NCBI GenBank assembly: GCA_965277855.1
Contig: OZ255847.1
Span: 3,312,557-3,376,556, forward strand
Origin: Bryobacteraceae bacterium
GTDB taxonomy: Bacteria; Acidobacteriota; Terriglobia; Bryobacterales; Bryobacteraceae
Length of the DNA: 64,000 nucleotides
Direction of reading: 5' to 3'
Of this stretch, positions 28,401 through 36,098 are shown in pieces. Both the position numbers and the translations under genes were made by a program. The notes beneath the pieces are model-generated. The model was given only the letters and a program-made list of their open reading frames with translations. It ran no database searches and had not been told where the DNA came from. Position 1 is the first letter of the stretch, and the number at the start of each line of letters is the position of its first letter.

Positions 28401-28912
28401 TCCTGCACGTCCTTGATCCAGAAGATCTGCGTCAACGTGACGGTTCGATCGAGATCCTGGTTGTAAAAGCGGCCCAGGATCACCGAATAGCAGCGATGAT
28501 CGCGCAACGCGACAGGCCGGACCGAAACGCTCGATTCGCCTCTCTCCGATTTATAGTGCCCGAATACATAACTCCTGAGATTCCTCTCGCGGTTGTCCGC
28601 TCCGGCCGCTTTGTTGTAGACAATCTTCTGCGGGGGCACTAACAGCGTGGTAATTGCATCGACAAAGGTCGACTTACCCGAACCGATGTCGCCTGTGAGC
28701 AAGGCATTCTCTCCGCCGAAATCGAGCGCCCAAACCTGGTTGTGGAAAGTTCCCCAGTTATAGATCTCAAAACGGTTCAGGCGAAAACCGGACCGCTCGG
28801 CGGATGAGCACAGGTCCAGCATTTCGGATTTGGCAACCGCGTCAAGCTCTTTCAAAGCTCCTCCCTTCCGCCTCGGGTTGTGATCCGGCCTCTGGTTGTG
28901 ATCCCGAAACAT
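25454..28912 (-). CDS. jetC: Wadjet JetC (SMC-like ABC ATPase)
   Basis: About 1120-1152 aa. N-terminal FRLNRFEIYNWGTF...LLTGDIGSGKSTFVDAI (Walker A). Long Glu/Arg/Leu-rich coiled-coil-like middle. C-terminal DSGGKSGGQKEKLAYTVLAASLAY (signature) and FRFVVIDEAFGRGSDE (Walker B). The true start may be the ATG at 28822, 19 nt after the jetB stop, rather than 28912. Confidence 0.9.
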   Translation of the reverse strand: MFRDHNQRPDHNPRRKGGALKELDAVAKSEMLDLCSSAERSGFRLNRFEIYNWGTFHNQVWALDFGGENALLTGDIGSGKSTFVDAITTLLVPPQKIVYNKAAGADNRERNLRSYVFGHYKSERGESSVSVRPVALRDHRCYSVILGRFYNQDLDRTVTLTQIFWIKDVQEQPARLYVVADRPLAIAEHLAGFGSEVKDLRKRLRAMPDVELFDTFPPFGAAYRRRFGIENEQALDLFNQTVSMKSVGNLTDFVREHMLESFPVESRIAALVNHFDDLNRAHEAVLKAKDQINRLTPLVTDCKTLEQLAGEVTLLRTSRSMLRPWSAFLKLALLRERTAKLEAELSVVAGRIESLSEKQRARRLERDEVKTAIAENGGNRLERIKAEIFENQREKEQRARRAGDYDALAGTAALPGVVNEEIFLANQRDIAAEKGATEIRQAEKQNELTEAIVELRQLEEQEQELRSELQSLRRRRSNLPRNMLDLREQLCRATGLTEETLPFAGELLQVRPEERDWEGAMERVLHNFGLSLLVPDAHYAALAQSVDRTHLGGRLVYYRIRGQQTAEHFQMQPAIDASSLVHKIGIKPHPVFYDWLDAEIRRRFNYVCCDSLDLFRRERQAITRSGQIKGVGERHEKDDRYRIDDRSRFVLGWSNEAKIAALETQARELNTRLQKSSGRIATLQAEGKALQERLLVLHRLSVFQSFRDLDWKSPMIEIERLEAERRELEQGSDILRTLQGQLAGLEKLLEESERRLEQYHQQNTLAGHKLENAQSQAMECQEILAAVPDEVTAKEFPRLDDMARGALGEQSVTVESCDNREREMREWIQTRIDAEDKKIARLSEQIVKAMESYRARYPLETQEADASIQAAEEYRGMLNQLASDDLPRFEARFKELLNENTIREVANFQSQLYREREAIRGRIELINKSLQQIDYNPGRYITLEAEPNTDVEIRDFHQDLRACTEGTLTGSYDEEYSESKFLNVKAIIERFRGREGSAQLDKRWKEKVTDVREWFTFSASERWREDDREFEHYTDSGGKSGGQKEKLAYTVLAASLAYQFGLEWNKERLRSFRFVVIDEAFGRGSDESARYGLDLFKRLNLQLLIVTPLQKIHIIEPFVASVGFVHNHEGRQSMLRNLTIEEYRAERDARSA

Positions 28913-29480
28913 AATCGCGATATTCGGAAAGCCGCTGATCGAACTCCTTCAGCCACTGGGCATCGACGAAGGCTTTCAAAATACGGCGCACCTCGAAGCG
29001 ATCGTCCTGTCCGCGCAGTTTCCGTAGAAAGCCCATCTCCAACACTCGATTGATATGGCCGTCGACGCGGTCAAGTAAGCGGGCTTCATTGGCGGTCTCC
29101 GGCAGGAAAACACCGATCATATCGACAATGTTGTCGCGGCTTACAATCAAGCGCGTCTCGCCGCTGATGGCATCGAACTCAGCCAGCCGTTTGCGCAGCA
29201 GCGCGAGCAGCAGGCTTACCGGATAGCTCAGTTGACGGCGCGGCACCAGCCGGGGGATTTCCTGCTCTCCTTCCGCCGCGGTTCGCTGGCGCAGATAGGC
29301 ATATCCTTCCGCCTCATCCAGGATCATCTCCAAACCAAGCAGCGCAACGTACTCGCGCACCCTCGCTTGCAGGTTGAGCAGCGATTGCCACAGGGCGGGA
29401 TTGTCCTCCTGATAGCTCACGCCTTTCATTAACGCGATCAGAATGGGGGAAATATCGTTGTTTGTATCGGAAGAATCCAA
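28842..29480 (-). CDS. jetB: Wadjet JetB (DUF4194-type, MksE-like)
   Basis: 212 aa with a TTG start. ILIALMKGVSYQEDNPALWQSLLNLQARVREYVALLGLEMILDEAEGYAYLRQR matches the conserved N-terminal pattern of DUF4194 proteins. Its position between jetA and jetC also fits. Confidence 0.8.
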   Translation of the reverse strand: MDSSDTNNDISPILIALMKGVSYQEDNPALWQSLLNLQARVREYVALLGLEMILDEAEGYAYLRQRTAAEGEQEIPRLVPRRQLSYPVSLLLALLRKRLAEFDAISGETRLIVSRDNIVDMIGVFLPETANEARLLDRVDGHINRVLEMGFLRKLRGQDDRFEVRRILKAFVDAQWLKEFDQRLSEYRDYVSGSQPEAGSQPEAEGRSFERA

Positions 29481-29492
29481 GCCGTGCCTTAC

Positions 29493-30956
29493 TCAGTTGA
29501 CCGTGGCGAGCCGGCGCGTTTGCCGGCTGAAAATGACTAGCGGCAAAGTAGCTTGCCGCCTATTTCCATTCTCGTCTGTCCAGGACAGTGTCTGCTTATG
29601 GCCGTCGTCGATAATCGCGGCATCCGATTCCGCGGCGATACTGAGATAGGCGACCAATTCAGCCAGCCCGTGTTCGAGCGGCGCATCCTCGACGAGTTCA
29701 GCCAGCGATAATTGGTTCCGCGTTTGGAGCATGCGTCGGATGTGAGCCGTCAATCGGAGCTTGTCCACGTAGATCTGCTCAAACAGAGCGTCAGCGGGCA
29801 GGTCTTGCGATCCTTCCACCACGATATGCTCCGCCAGAGTGGTCCTCAGAGGCGGACGAAACAGCGGGCGATCCATACTGAGGTCAACCGCCGGGGCGGC
29901 TTCATCCAGTTCCATAAACGGCCCGTCCGGCAGCCTTCCGCGCAACGGAATTGCGAGTTGCTCCAATTCCCGAATGAGTTGCAGGATGCGCCGGTTCTCG
30001 ATCCACATTTGATCGTCGAGATAGCGGCGCAGCTGCTCAGACAGGCGTGCAACCGTGCGCTGTGCGACTTCGCCTGCCGCCATCCAGTCATAGTGAATGC
30101 GCAGCAACCGGCGGTCGGGCGCGAGGTCCCGGATCGCGTCCAATGCGAAGACCGCCTGCAGTAATTCAGAGAGCTCCGACTGCCGCGTAGGCGACAACAG
30201 GAAATCCCAAAACGCCCGAAAACTCTTGCCCTGATCGGAGTCCATGATGGTGTCCCGGTCTCCGAAAATCTCCTCCAGCAGCGATCCCTTCCCTGCTTCC
30301 CAAGTCGCGATTCGCTCGCGCACGGCGCGGTCCAGTGTCCGGAAGTTCTGCTCCACCACACGGAAATCGGAGAGCAGTCCCCGAGCCATGTCGGACATTT
30401 GCAGGAACCGATCTTTCACTTGTGTTGCGTCCAGCAGAGAAATTCGGCCTTCGCGAATTTGCCGAATATCCGCGTCGATTTGAGCTTTTCGCTTTTCCAG
30501 TTCGGCAAGCCGCGCGGCGGGGTCCACTTCCGTTCCCTCGGTGATCTCACGCAGCAAAAAGAAAACGGTTTTCAAACGCGATTCCGCCCCCACGAACTGC
30601 TGCTGCTCGAGACTGGCCAGCCAATCGATGGCTTTCTCGGTAGCGGGAGTAATGTCGAAGTGCGGTTCATCGCTATCCGCCGGGTAATACTTGCGGAGCC
30701 AACCATGTTCGTCGGAAGACCAGTCGTCCAGATATTGCGCGGCCGTCTTGGGGAACAGGTTTTCTGCCAACTGCTCGCCCAGATAGAACAGATAGTCTTC
30801 GAGGCGCGACACCAGTTCCGGTCGAGCCAACGTGCGAACGTTCGGTTGAATGAAAGTGCGGTGCAGAAAACTGATGATCAACGGGGCGTGTTCGGCAGCG
30901 AGTAAACGCCAGGTCGGATGCTTTCGTCTCAGGGCTTGGAGGGTGAGATATTCCAT
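29493..30956 (-). CDS. jetA: Wadjet JetA (DUF3375-type, MksF/kleisin-like)
   Basis: 487 aa. HPTWRLLAAEHAPLIISFLHRTFIQPNVRTLARPELVSRLEDYLFYL matches the typical DUF3375 N-terminus. It is the first gene of the four-gene set in the canonical A-B-C-D order. Confidence 0.8.
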   Translation of the reverse strand: MEYLTLQALRRKHPTWRLLAAEHAPLIISFLHRTFIQPNVRTLARPELVSRLEDYLFYLGEQLAENLFPKTAAQYLDDWSSDEHGWLRKYYPADSDEPHFDITPATEKAIDWLASLEQQQFVGAESRLKTVFFLLREITEGTEVDPAARLAELEKRKAQIDADIRQIREGRISLLDATQVKDRFLQMSDMARGLLSDFRVVEQNFRTLDRAVRERIATWEAGKGSLLEEIFGDRDTIMDSDQGKSFRAFWDFLLSPTRQSELSELLQAVFALDAIRDLAPDRRLLRIHYDWMAAGEVAQRTVARLSEQLRRYLDDQMWIENRRILQLIRELEQLAIPLRGRLPDGPFMELDEAAPAVDLSMDRPLFRPPLRTTLAEHIVVEGSQDLPADALFEQIYVDKLRLTAHIRRMLQTRNQLSLAELVEDAPLEHGLAELVAYLSIAAESDAAIIDDGHKQTLSWTDENGNRRQATLPLVIFSRQTRRLATVN

Positions 30957-30962
30957 CGAGCC

Positions 30963-31364
30963 TCAAACGCGATGTATGCGTTCCAGACCGGGCCAACGGT
31001 CGAAGTCGCGATCGAACGTCAAGATAGATCGAATCTCCCGCCGTTCCATTACCGCGATGTGAACCGAGTCACGAGCGGAGAATAGACCGGGATCCTGAAT
31101 AATTTCGCCGGCGCGCTTAACATCGGTTTTTTCGATCGGGAAGACATCATCGACGAGATTAAGTGTAAGATCTAGTGCTGGCCGGATAGCCTCACGACGG
31201 CCAATACTTGTATAACGGTGCAAGATTTCCTGGAGTACCTCGGCGTCCGTAACCAGACGGTGTCCTCCTGCGATCAGTTTTTCGAGCAGAATCTGCGCTT
31301 CGGATTTATGGGGGTGCGGCCCCCCAACCAAGTACATCGGAATATTGGAATCGATGAAAATCAA
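30963..31364 (-). CDS. vapC: PIN-domain toxin VapC (module 1)
   Basis: 133 aa. PIN acidic residues lie in context (MIFIDSN, TDAEVLQEILH, SARDSVHIAVM, TFDRDFD). Its stop is only 6 nt upstream of the jetA start. Confidence 0.85.
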   Translation of the reverse strand: MIFIDSNIPMYLVGGPHPHKSEAQILLEKLIAGGHRLVTDAEVLQEILHRYTSIGRREAIRPALDLTLNLVDDVFPIEKTDVKRAGEIIQDPGLFSARDSVHIAVMERREIRSILTFDRDFDRWPGLERIHRV

Positions 31365-31606
31365 TCCTGATATCCGCGCTCGATCTCGCCCAGCATCTGC
31401 TCCATGTCCGCAGTGGGAAATGAATGCTCCACAGCGCGCCGGATAGATTTCAATTTAACTTCGGGAGCAATGACTGGCTGCCGCGAACGTGCCTCGCGCA
31501 ACGCACGGCGGACCCATTCGCCCACCGCGAGATGTTCACGCTGCGCTAACTGCTGAATATCGAGGAGTTCCTGATCAGGAAGGAGGACCTGGAGTCGCAT
31601 ACTCAT
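31361..31606 (-). CDS. vapB: ribbon-helix-helix antitoxin VapB (module 1)
   Basis: MSMRLQVLLPDQELLDIQQLAQREHLAVGEWVRRALREA is RHH-like. It overlaps vapC by 4 nt. I prefer the ATG at 31606 over the ORF-track TTG at 31657. Confidence 0.7.
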   Translation of the reverse strand: MSMRLQVLLPDQELLDIQQLAQREHLAVGEWVRRALREARSRQPVIAPEVKLKSIRRAVEHSFPTADMEQMLGEIERGYQD

Positions 31607-31617
31607 AGTGTGAGTAT
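31599..31617. promoter_or_regulatory. 7-bp inverted repeat (atactca-tagtg-tgagtat) at the vapB1 start, possible operator
   Basis: Read from the sequence. It lies in the ~100-bp region between the two divergent vapBC modules. A second short inverted repeat, gtgac-N8-gtcac, lies at about 31650-31667. Confidence 0.3.
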
Positions 31618-31703
31618 AACATGGTCGTTGACTGAGTATATTGTCGCACGTGACCAATCGAAGTCACACTAAAAAGTATAGACTACCTATATACTAAGGA
31701 TTC

Positions 31704-31970
31704 GTGACCAAGACAGCGAAACTCTTCATCAACGGCGGCAGCCAAGCCGTTCGACTGCCGGCCGAATTTCGTTTCGATGGCGACGAAGTATTTGTCCGGC
31801 GGGACGAGCGCACCGGCGAAGTAATCCTATCCAGGAAAACCAGTTGGAGCACGTGGGACGAGTATTTCGAGCTTCGGGACCTTGGCAAAGCGGTGCCGGA
31901 AGAGTTTATGGCCGATCGTCCACTGAATGTCCCCTTCGATCGGAACGATCTCTTTAGTGACGAGAAGTGA
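31704..31970 (+). CDS. vapB: AbrB/SpoVT-type antitoxin VapB (module 2)
   Basis: 88 aa. GTG start preceded by AAGGA. TKTAKLFINGGSQAVRLPAEFRFDGDEVFVRRDERTGEVIL is the classic SpoVT/AbrB-like VapB pattern. Confidence 0.8.
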   Translation: MTKTAKLFINGGSQAVRLPAEFRFDGDEVFVRRDERTGEVILSRKTSWSTWDEYFELRDLGKAVPEEFMADRPLNVPFDRNDLFSDEK

Positions 31971-32374
31971 GTGAACTCTTCATGCTCGATACCGATACTG
32001 TGAGCTACGTCATCAAAGGGAGCGCCCCGCAGATCGACGATCATCTTAGAAGCTTAAACGTGACGCAGGTCTGCATCTCGGCCATCACGCGCGCTGAGTT
32101 GCGCTTTGGCGTCGCGAGGCTCCCAAGACTGAATCGCCTAGCGGCCGGGGTCGAGAAATTCTTGAGCGGCGTTCCAACATTACCCTGGGACGAAGTTGCG
32201 GCTGATCAGTGCGCTACGGTACGAGCCGACCTGGAGCGCGGTGGAACCCCAATTGGAATCATGGATACCCTGATCGCCGCCCATGCCAAAGCCCTGAAGG
32301 CGATCCTCGTCACGAATAATGTGAACCACTTTCGTTTAGTCAAAGGACTGTCGATAGAAAACTGGGCAGAGTAG
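31967..32374 (+). CDS. vapC: PIN-domain toxin VapC (module 2)
   Basis: 135 aa with a GTGA overlap with vapB2. PIN residues: MLDTDT, ITRAELRFG, IMDTLIAAHA, VTNNVNHF. Confidence 0.85.
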   Translation: MSELFMLDTDTVSYVIKGSAPQIDDHLRSLNVTQVCISAITRAELRFGVARLPRLNRLAAGVEKFLSGVPTLPWDEVAADQCATVRADLERGGTPIGIMDTLIAAHAKALKAILVTNNVNHFRLVKGLSIENWAE

Positions 32375-32444
32375 CAGCTGAACGCTTGGCCTGCAAAAGC
32401 TGATACCATACCCCTGCAATTCGCTTTCTAAGGAGCGCAAAAGT

Positions 32445-33614
32445 ATGGCAATCCCAACCGAGAATGTTGGTTCTCTCCCCCGACCTGCCAGGCTGCAGGC
32501 GGCTCTGGCCGATTATGATGCAGGCAAGATCACCCACGAACAACTGCAGCGCGAGCAGGATATCGCGTGCCGCGATTCGATCGAGCGCATGGAAGCGGCA
32601 GGCTCACCGATCGTCTCCGATGGAGAGCAGCGCGCCTCCAGCTTCGCGACCTACCCGCTAACCGATACACTCGGGGGTACCGGGATGGCTAAAAATCTGG
32701 CAGCCGACGGTCAGTATTTCGCGATTTTCAATGATGGTCACCATCGCCAGCTTCCACGGCTGGTGGCCGGTCCGTTCCGCTACAAAACATTCGCGTCTGA
32801 ATACGTGAAAGAAGCCAAGAAGATCGCGACCAAACCGCTCAAGCAAGCCGTCATCGCTCCATCCATGTTGTCGCTGCTCTATCCGCTCGATGGTGAACTC
32901 CCCGGCTACTCACGCGAACAGTTCCTCGCCGACCTGTGCGACGAATGCGAAAAAGATATCCGGCAATGCTTTGCCGCCGGCGCAGCGCGCGTTTCCATCG
33001 ACTTCACCGAAGGCCGTCTCGCCTGCCGCAACGACCCAAACAACTCCTGGACCGGTCGCGGCATGCTCAAACAATTCATCGAACTGAACAACCGCGTCAT
33101 CGACCGCTTCTCCCCCGAAGAACGGAAGAACATCGGCATTCATACTTGTCCCGGAGGCGATTGCGACTCCACCCACAGCGCCGACGTCGATTACGCCGAA
33201 CTGCTTCCTAGCATGTTCCAGATGAACGCCGGCTACTTCCTCATGCAACTCGCCAGCGAGCCGGATAAGGAGCGAGTCTACAAGTTAGTGGGCGAGCACA
33301 GCCGCGCCGATGCCAATGCCGTCAAGCAGGTCTGCTTCATCGGCGTCATCAATCCGCTGAATGCTCGCGTCGAAAGCGCGGAAGAGGTGGCCGGTGATCT
33401 CATTACCGCTTCTAAATACATCCCGGTCGATCGACTTGGTTCGACTGACGATTGCGGCTTCTCGCCCTTCAGCGTCGACAACAAACCAAAACACGGCTCG
33501 CCCGACGCGGCCCGTGACATCGCTTTCCAAAAAATCGCAGCACGCGTAAAAGGGACCGCGCTGGCGTCTGAAAAATTGACCGGCCAGAAACAGGCGGCTG
33601 CGCAGGGAACCTAA
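32445..33614 (+). CDS. cobalamin-independent methionine synthase II family (MetE C-terminal-like) protein
   Basis: 389 aa. IPTENVGSLPRP at the N-terminus. Zn-ligand-like IHTCPGGD and DDCGFSPF are typical of the MetE-like/UROD-fold methyltransferase family. Confidence 0.75.
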   Translation: MAIPTENVGSLPRPARLQAALADYDAGKITHEQLQREQDIACRDSIERMEAAGSPIVSDGEQRASSFATYPLTDTLGGTGMAKNLAADGQYFAIFNDGHHRQLPRLVAGPFRYKTFASEYVKEAKKIATKPLKQAVIAPSMLSLLYPLDGELPGYSREQFLADLCDECEKDIRQCFAAGAARVSIDFTEGRLACRNDPNNSWTGRGMLKQFIELNNRVIDRFSPEERKNIGIHTCPGGDCDSTHSADVDYAELLPSMFQMNAGYFLMQLASEPDKERVYKLVGEHSRADANAVKQVCFIGVINPLNARVESAEEVAGDLITASKYIPVDRLGSTDDCGFSPFSVDNKPKHGSPDAARDIAFQKIAARVKGTALASEKLTGQKQAAAQGT

Positions 33615-34570
33615 GCTGTTTTCTCCACCAGTGCCCCCGAGTAAACCGGCCAGAGCCAGTTGGCGCAACCGGCTATTCGCCCCCGTGTTGCATCTGTGTA
33701 GAGTGCCCGCAGCTTCTGAGTCAAGGTGCCCACCTGGCCCGTTCCCACTGGACGGTGATCGATCTCCAGCACTGGCGTGACCTCCACGGCTGTGCCCGTA
33801 AAGAACAACTCATCGCAGACGTACAATTCGCTCCGATCAATCGATCGCTCGACCGTCTGAACGCCAAGATAGCGCTGCGCCAGTTCAATCACCGATGCCC
33901 GAGTAATGCCCTCCAGAATGTTATCTGTTCCGGGCGGCGTCACCAGTTTGCCATCGCGCACCATAAATAAGTTCGATGTCGCGCCCTCTGCTACGTGTCC
34001 GTCATCGTTTAGAAAAATAGCCTCATCATGGCCGCTGCGCCGCGCTTCATCGAGCGCCAGCGCGCTATTCACGTACGCGCCACAAATCTTCGCTCGACCC
34101 GGAATCGCCGTGTCCTGCACGCGCCGCCAGGAAGCCACGCCCGCTCTTACGCCTTCTTTGTCGAGCAGGTACTCGCCAAACGGGAATGCGGTAATCGAAA
34201 AATCATCACTCTCGTCGGCAGCTACACCCACGCGGGCCGCTGATTTATAAGCTAGCGGCCTCACGTATACATGAGTGTGGAAATTGTTGCGGCGGCAAAG
34301 TTCGGCAGTAATTTCGGCCAGACGGGTGGCCGAAGGCGGCACATGAATGCGCAATATGCCGCAATTCTTCTTCCAGCGCTCATAATGTTCCACCAGGCGC
34401 ACCAAGTACAACTCGCGGTCTTGTGACTGGTAGTACCCGCGAATCCCCTCGAACACGCCCGTCCCATAATTCAACGCATGGGTCAGGATGTTGACGTTCG
34501 CCTCCGACAGTCGGACAAAACGGTTCTGAAACCAGACGATCGTGTTGGGGTTTGGCGCTTCGCTATGCAT
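33611..34570 (-). CDS. ilvE: branched-chain amino acid aminotransferase
   Basis: 319 aa. GTGVFEGIRGYY, a class IV aminotransferase core, and ELFFTGTAVEVTPV. Confidence 0.9.
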   Translation of the reverse strand: MHSEAPNPNTIVWFQNRFVRLSEANVNILTHALNYGTGVFEGIRGYYQSQDRELYLVRLVEHYERWKKNCGILRIHVPPSATRLAEITAELCRRNNFHTHVYVRPLAYKSAARVGVAADESDDFSITAFPFGEYLLDKEGVRAGVASWRRVQDTAIPGRAKICGAYVNSALALDEARRSGHDEAIFLNDDGHVAEGATSNLFMVRDGKLVTPPGTDNILEGITRASVIELAQRYLGVQTVERSIDRSELYVCDELFFTGTAVEVTPVLEIDHRPVGTGQVGTLTQKLRALYTDATRGRIAGCANWLWPVYSGALVEKTA

Positions 34571-34635
34571 GATGACTCCTGCTAAGCATCATCTTAGCAG
34601 GAAAGCACCACCTTGGGGTGGTGGCTGTTCTGCGC

Positions 34636-35298
34636 TTAGACAGCTCCGGCATAGACGAAGGGTCTCTGACCGCTGCTCTTCCAGAAGTACGCCAGAATAA
34701 TCACGCTTGCGACCGCCGCATAGGCGCACCACAATGAAGTAAACGCGTATCTCCGAAACGCCATCACCGTCAGCAGGATAATCAAATTCGCCGTGCCGAA
34801 GATGACCATGTCCCTCTCTCTTGAGAAAAACAGCGATCCGCAGGTGGCGATCACATACAAAATTGCCACCGCCGTATTGTCCGTCGCTGCATTGATATAC
34901 ACGATGCTGTTCCGCTCAATCGATACCTGCAGCGGATACGCAGTCAGCGCCCACAAAATATAGAGCGCCGTTAAGCTTCCGACTACCAGAAAGGGCAGCA
35001 TCCGCCTGCGGCACCTTACATCGGGCTCGAACAGCAGCACGCTCAACGGCAGCAGGAATGGCAGCAACCCTTGCGCATACAGCATAAAGGCAGCCGCCAT
35101 GTCGTGCGTTACCACAGGTGACAGCAGTCCATCTAACCCGAGCCAGACGAATCCCTCGGTGAACTGATGAATCGCAAAGAGCATGGGTAGCGACGCAAAC
35201 AACAGTTCGCGCCTGTGCTTCACCTTCGTCAAAGTCACCACCCCGAGTGTTCCCAGAATCCCGCTACCCACGAAGTTCGCTGTCGCTGAGAAGCACAT
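34636..35298 (-). CDS. polytopic membrane protein of unknown function
   Basis: 220 aa with about 6 hydrophobic helices. No catalytic motif was recognised. Confidence 0.5.
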   Translation of the reverse strand: MCFSATANFVGSGILGTLGVVTLTKVKHRRELLFASLPMLFAIHQFTEGFVWLGLDGLLSPVVTHDMAAAFMLYAQGLLPFLLPLSVLLFEPDVRCRRRMLPFLVVGSLTALYILWALTAYPLQVSIERNSIVYINAATDNTAVAILYVIATCGSLFFSRERDMVIFGTANLIILLTVMAFRRYAFTSLWCAYAAVASVIILAYFWKSSGQRPFVYAGAV

Positions 35299-35325
35299 CT
35301 ATCTCTCTCACCGCGGATCGGAGAT

Positions 35326-36075
35326 TTACGACTTTCGTTTAACCGTCAAAGACGCGAACGCCTGGCTGACCGGCATGATCTGCATGGTGTTGATATTCAC
35401 GTGCGCCGGGCGTGTGGCCACCCAATGAATCGCGTCCGCGATATCGTCGGCTGTCAGCGCGTGCGTTCCTTCGTATACCGCCGCCGCCTTTTTCGCGTCG
35501 CCCTTAAACCGCACCTGTGAAAATTCTGTTCCCCCGGCCAGCCCCGGCTGGATGTCCGTCACCCGAATCGGTGTCCCGACCAGGTCCGCCCGCAGATTTA
35601 AGCTGAATTGGTGTACGAACGCCTTCGCCGCGCCGTACACGTTTCCCCCTGGATAAGGCCATTCCGCCGCTGTCGAGCCGATGTTGATGATGTCGCCACG
35701 TCCGCGCTCAATCATCCCCGGCAGCAGCAGTCGCGTCGTGTACATCAGTCCTCTTACGTTGCTATCCACCATCGCGTCCCAATCGTCCAGCTTCGCCGTC
35801 TGTGCCGGATCGAGCCCGATGGCTCCGCCGGCATTATTGACCAGCACGTCTACTTCTGCCCACTCTCCCGCTAAAGCCCCGATCGCTTTCTCCGCCTCAT
35901 CCCGTTTCCCCACATCGAAAATGAGTGGATGAAATGCCTCGCCCAGTTCGCTCTTCAGTTTCTCCAGACGATCCCGCCGGCGTCCGGTCCCAACCACCTT
36001 GGCGCCATCCGCCAAAAACTTGCGCGCTGTAGCTTCCCCAAATCCCGATGTAGTACCCGTAACGAAAACGATCAT
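35326..36075 (-). CDS. SDR family NADP-dependent oxidoreductase (YdfG-like)
   Basis: 249 aa. TGTTSGFG cofactor motif, NNAG, catalytic YGAAK. Confidence 0.85.
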   Translation of the reverse strand: MIVFVTGTTSGFGEATARKFLADGAKVVGTGRRRDRLEKLKSELGEAFHPLIFDVGKRDEAEKAIGALAGEWAEVDVLVNNAGGAIGLDPAQTAKLDDWDAMVDSNVRGLMYTTRLLLPGMIERGRGDIINIGSTAAEWPYPGGNVYGAAKAFVHQFSLNLRADLVGTPIRVTDIQPGLAGGTEFSQVRFKGDAKKAAAVYEGTHALTADDIADAIHWVATRPAHVNINTMQIMPVSQAFASLTVKRKS

Positions 36076-36098
36076 CTCTTCAGCATAGATTCGCTGTA

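Noticed and set aside
28823-28912. ORF-track start of jetC at 28912, overlapping jetB by 71 nt
   Set aside because: This is kept as the outer bound in the feature table. However, the conserved JetC N-terminus (FRLNRFEIYNWGTF) begins 13 aa after the ATG at 28822, which lies 19 nt after the jetB stop. The shorter version is more likely.
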